From sequence record NZ_CP072340.1: a DNA stretch of 64,000 nucleotides; one strand, 5' to 3'. Source of the DNA: a plasmid. The position numbers were made by a program, and so were the translations under genes. The notes beneath the pieces were generated by a model that made no database searches, had not been told where the DNA came from, and saw only the letters and a list, made by a program, of their open reading frames with translations. Shown here piece after piece: positions 60,142 through 64,000 of the stretch (its first letter is position 1; each line of letters opens with the position of its first letter).

Positions 60142-62385
60142 ATGAAACAAACAAAATTTTTATTATTGCTGTTACAGTCATTGTCAGTATTTTTATTTTT
60201 GGCTATACCTATACAAAGTATTGCGCAGGGACAAGATACCAAACATCATTGGAATGGAAACCCTATTAATAGCGTAGTCAATCACTCCGATGATGATATG
60301 AGTACAGTGTATCTTTACAATGTTGGAACGGGTAAATTCCTTAATGCAGGTAGCTACTGGGGAACGGTAGCTGTGGGCTTTAAAGTGGGTATGACTATAC
60401 ATATTTTAAAGAATGACAGTCATTATAAGATGATAGGACCACTTGCTACTACTGAAGGAAACTTGATAGCATTCGGTCGTCGTATGGATACTCCTGGCTA
60501 TGAAAAGAAAATGAATTACAACAATGTGTATGTTGACAGAGGGGTAGATTATGATAATACCCAATCGGGGACTCCCAACCCCTATTGCAAAGTACCCCAC
60601 CATATCAACGGTATTATTGATTGGGATTTTATAGAAGTTACCCCAGGCAGCAAAACGTATTATATCTCTTTTAAAAATGATGAAGACCAAGGATATAAAG
60701 GGACACGTTATCTTAAGATGAAGGAAAATGGAAAGAATAAAACAAATAAGTTAGAATTCCCTGAATCTAAATATGTTGGCAATTCTAATAGGCTCTGTCA
60801 ATGGAAGATTATCACCAAGAAAGACTTGAAAGACGCATTTAAGGCTACTTATGCGTCTGATGAGGCACCTGCCGACGCAACTTTCCTTGTATATGACCAA
60901 AACTTTGAGCGTGGTAATACATCAGTTGGGAAATGGGTTGCAGAAGGCGTTACATGGACATATGAAAACCCTGCAACTTATCAGTTTAAGCCAAATTCTA
61001 AGGAATATACATATTATGTAGGTAATGGTGCTGTATCAAGCAATTATTATATGGCAGAATATGCAGGCTATACCACTGCTAATGTCCGCAACGTAGGCAA
61101 TGATGATCATGCCAACGGAAAAGTTACACAGGCGGTTACTACCCTCAAGAAAGGTTGGTATAAGGTTTCTTGTAATGGTTTCTATAATGCAGTTCAGGGC
61201 AGCAATATGGTTTCAAGCATATTTGCAAAAGTGCAGGGTACTACTGCAGACATTTCTAATGTAAGCACACCTTTGAACAGATTCAACCATGAGTTTACCT
61301 ATACCAAGGAAGATATGCTTCATCTCTATAATGGAGATAATCTTCCCGAAGCCTCAAATCCGCGATTGAGCCCTTATGCTCACGCAGGAATGGAGTTCGA
61401 AAACGGTAAATATAACAATACTATTCTTGTATATGTACCTACTGATGGTGCTGTACTGAATATTGGTATCGAAATTACTGGTTCTACAGAGGATTGCGAC
61501 TGGACTTGTTGGGATAACTTCCAATTGCAGTATTGCGGTAATAATGATATGGTATTAGATGAGAGTCAGACTTCACTTGATTATCTTGTCAAACAGGGAA
61601 TCTCTAAAGATAACGCCTATACACTGATTCTGAAACGTACGATGAAGCCTGGTCTTTGGAGTTCTATTACGCTTCCCGTGGCTCTCACTGCAGGGCAGTT
61701 CAAGACAGCCTTTGGCGATTATGCTAAACTGGCACACTTGAAAGGACAAGATGCGAATATTCCTACACGTATTGACTTCGAATCGGTAAACCTTACCGAA
61801 GATGACAATATCGTTATCTATCCTGAGCAACTCTACATCATGCAGTCTACTCGTGCTGCCAATGTATCTACGGGAAGCTATGAGAAGATACTTACTGACC
61901 ATACGAAACTAATTGTTTCGGCACCGTATTTCACAATCAACAATGTAGTACTGCCAAAGATACCAGACGAAACATTTAAGGAAACTCCCAAATGGACAAC
62001 TACAGAGGCTGGGAATATCCAATTCTGCGGTACGCAAATCAACCAGACTTCAACCATAGTTCCTGCCCAATCGTATGTATTGGGAGCAAACAACGGTAAG
62101 TGGTATCACACAAAAACAGCATTGCCTATCAAGGGATTCCGCTGCTGGATTGCCACCAATGCAAATGGTACGAGTCCTGCTAAACCACTTACCTTTGCCA
62201 TAGATGGAAAGGTTGAGGGAGATGTTACGGCTATAGAAGGATTGGAACAAGATACAAGAAAGCTTCATACCGATGCTGCTGTTTATAACTTGCAAGGGCA
62301 GAAAGTCGCTTCAGATATAGCATACCTCAACAGCCTTCCAGCTGGTATCTATATTGTAAACAACAAGAAAATATTGATAAAATAA
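60142..62385 (+). CDS. T9SS-sorted secreted protein (747 aa) of unknown function
   Basis: Signal peptide. C-terminal CTD (AAVYNLQGQKVASDIAYLNSLPAGIYIVNNKKILIK). The C-terminal ~250 aa before the CTD are shared with 42131..44101 (for example LWSSITLPVALTAGQFKTAFGDYAKL against WYSVCFPFDLTEEQIKNAFGDATEV). Confidence 0.7.
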   Translation: MKQTKFLLLLLQSLSVFLFLAIPIQSIAQGQDTKHHWNGNPINSVVNHSDDDMSTVYLYNVGTGKFLNAGSYWGTVAVGFKVGMTIHILKNDSHYKMIGPLATTEGNLIAFGRRMDTPGYEKKMNYNNVYVDRGVDYDNTQSGTPNPYCKVPHHINGIIDWDFIEVTPGSKTYYISFKNDEDQGYKGTRYLKMKENGKNKTNKLEFPESKYVGNSNRLCQWKIITKKDLKDAFKATYASDEAPADATFLVYDQNFERGNTSVGKWVAEGVTWTYENPATYQFKPNSKEYTYYVGNGAVSSNYYMAEYAGYTTANVRNVGNDDHANGKVTQAVTTLKKGWYKVSCNGFYNAVQGSNMVSSIFAKVQGTTADISNVSTPLNRFNHEFTYTKEDMLHLYNGDNLPEASNPRLSPYAHAGMEFENGKYNNTILVYVPTDGAVLNIGIEITGSTEDCDWTCWDNFQLQYCGNNDMVLDESQTSLDYLVKQGISKDNAYTLILKRTMKPGLWSSITLPVALTAGQFKTAFGDYAKLAHLKGQDANIPTRIDFESVNLTEDDNIVIYPEQLYIMQSTRAANVSTGSYEKILTDHTKLIVSAPYFTINNVVLPKIPDETFKETPKWTTTEAGNIQFCGTQINQTSTIVPAQSYVLGANNGKWYHTKTALPIKGFRCWIATNANGTSPAKPLTFAIDGKVEGDVTAIEGLEQDTRKLHTDAAVYNLQGQKVASDIAYLNSLPAGIYIVNNKKILIK

Positions 62386-62394
62386 TAAAGAAAT

Positions 62395-62616
62395 ATGAAA
62401 AGAACATATATAGTGCCCAAAATCGGAATCCAAACTGTACATACAGAACAATCGTTGCTTCTCCGCTTTTCACAAGTAGATAACGACGGGGACGGAAAAA
62501 CTGATCAACGCCCCATCATAGATGGTGACCCTGATGGAGGAATAGGTGCAAAACCAGGGTGGTTTGAAGATGATTCCAATAGCGGAACCAAGGACTTTGA
62601 TTCTTGGAGAGACTAA
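62395..62616 (+). CDS. small D/G-rich protein (73 aa), 9 bp downstream of the T9SS cargo gene; paralog of 41897..42106
   Basis: DNDGDGKTDQRPIIDGDPDGG resembles calcium-binding DxDxDG motifs. Start and overall pattern shared with the 42-kb copy. Confidence 0.5.
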   Translation: MKRTYIVPKIGIQTVHTEQSLLLRFSQVDNDGDGKTDQRPIIDGDPDGGIGAKPGWFEDDSNSGTKDFDSWRD

Positions 62617-63053
62617 TGTAATATGGTACTGTGTCTCATTACACAATTAATGAAACCACAGTGAAAACTGCAAGGAATATCCGTTTTTACAACAATACAA
62701 TGAGCAGATAACCCCGACGGATAATCTTTTACTTTACAAGGGTGCAATGAGCATAAAATGAGAAAATGCCATTGTACCCTTTTGTAATGATAACAGAAAT
62801 AATGGAAACTACTTCCAGTATAGGACAATAGAAATTTAGTGAGGATTACCTATTTTAGTAATGAAATGAAAAGAAAGCAATAAAAAACGTAAAAATTTTG
62901 TCGTATATTTAATTAATTCCTATATTTGTACCATAATTTATAAGCATCTTCGGCAGGTCAAGCGAGCATCAATAAGCTCACTCGAACATTGCAATAACGA
63001 GAAAACGCATATTTTGAGAATTAGAAAATAACAACAAACTCGACTATAGATAC

Positions 63054-64000
63054 ATGTTAAAACAACTCATACATCTACAAATAGTAAAGAAACGGCGCAA
63101 CTTTAAATGGAAGAATCTCTTCCTTGCTACATATTTCTACATGCTCATAGCCTTGATAATCGTATCCACCTTTGCAGAGATGGACAGCAGAATATGGAAA
63201 ACATTTGTACAGTTAGATTGGAAAAACATTGTCCCCATAGTAGCTTCCATGATGCTCTTGCCCGACATTCTCTCGAAACTTATATTCAAGACGGACTCCG
63301 CCATTATGGACGCATACATAAAGTCTCGCCCTATTAGTAAACGGACGTGGATATATTTTATAAGCATAACCAACCTGTTCAACTTCTGGACGCTGGCATG
63401 GGCACTGCCGTTAAGCATTGGCTGTTTCTTCGTAATGCCTTTCGGCACAGCGTTCGTGTCTGCTCTGCTGCTGCTCTCCGTGTCTTATATCAACAGTTTA
63501 GCCGTTGTTGCCCTCAGAACCTCGCAGGGCTGGGAATGGAAATGGGCAACCATTGTGGGCTGGCTCATGTGGTGGTCGCTGACATTTGTACACGGTCTAA
63601 ACCTCTTCGGCATGTCGTGGGGCATACACATCACCTTGTTTTTTGTCTTAACCGTGATAGGTATTACAACTGGAATATACTATTTGCAATGCCTAAATAG
63701 CTACGACGAAAGCAAGCGGAAGCAAGAAACCATAAACAAATCGCACCGCTCGGCTTTCTTTATAGAGATGCGTCCTTTCCTTAGAGGCAAGCGATTGCGC
63801 CTTATTCTGATATTCCCCGTACTGCTTGTTGCGCAAGCTTTCTGGTCTGCCTCTATGGGACCGGACGACGGAGACGCTTCCGGCAGCAACTTACTGCTGC
63901 CTCTTGCCATTATCGCACCGTCGGTAATGGTGCTGCAACTTACGTTTGCATTGGAAGGAAACTACTTCGACGGACTGTGGACGCGCCCCGTAAGCATTGC
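63054..64000 (+). CDS. hypothetical polytopic membrane protein, 3' end beyond the window
   Basis: Hand translation from the ATG at 63054 shows an uninterrupted frame to the window end with at least six hydrophobic helices. Absent from the ORF track because no stop falls in the window. A TATATTTG -7 element lies at about 62922. Confidence 0.55.
   Translation, partial: MLKQLIHLQIVKKRRNFKWKNLFLATYFYMLIALIIVSTFAEMDSRIWKTFVQLDWKNIVPIVASMMLLPDILSKLIFKTDSAIMDAYIKSRPISKRTWIYFISITNLFNFWTLAWALPLSIGCFFVMPFGTAFVSALLLLSVSYINSLAVVALRTSQGWEWKWATIVGWLMWWSLTFVHGLNLFGMSWGIHITLFFVLTVIGITTGIYYLQCLNSYDESKRKQETINKSHRSAFFIEMRPFLRGKRLRLILIFPVLLVAQAFWSASMGPDDGDASGSNLLLPLAIIAPSVMVLQLTFALEGNYFDGLWTRPVSI

Overview
This 64-kb window looks like a Bacteroidetes chromosome, probably Prevotella or Bacteroides. 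Three things support that: several proteins end in a T9SS (Por) C-terminal sorting domain, promoters match the Bacteroidetes sigma-A -7 element TAnnTTTG, and the rpmB-rpmG-DUF4295 triad is present. Housekeeping genes dominate: sdaA, htpG, a cob(I)alamin adenosyltransferase, an LplA-LipA fusion, fabG, murB, pheS, glyA, trmB, dnaB, ispE, radA, rpmB/rpmG, rubredoxin, tRNA-Arg(CCG) and an initiator tRNA-Met(CAT). Between them sit five T9SS-sorted surface proteins, four of them BspA-type leucine-rich-repeat proteins, and an AT-richer accessory stretch at about 39.6-45.3 kb. The main structures that gene calls do not explain are: (i) a tandem ~130-bp repeat at 8.8-9.4 kb encoding an operon of four paralogous ~30-60 aa single-TM peptides; (ii) arrays of GATATC-centred palindromic boxes, phased exactly 22 bp apart, at three separate intergenic loci; (iii) a dispersed palindromic hairpin family, AAAAGAGCCTGTTTTG..CAAAACAGGCTCTTTT, at five convergent-gene junctions; (iv) a module seen twice, in which a T9SS cargo protein with a shared C-terminal region is followed immediately by a ~70-aa D/G-rich small protein; (v) a 3' fragment of a UvrD-helicase/exonuclease gene duplicated 17 kb from the intact copy. 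All calls come from reading the sequence and ORF translations; no database searches were run.
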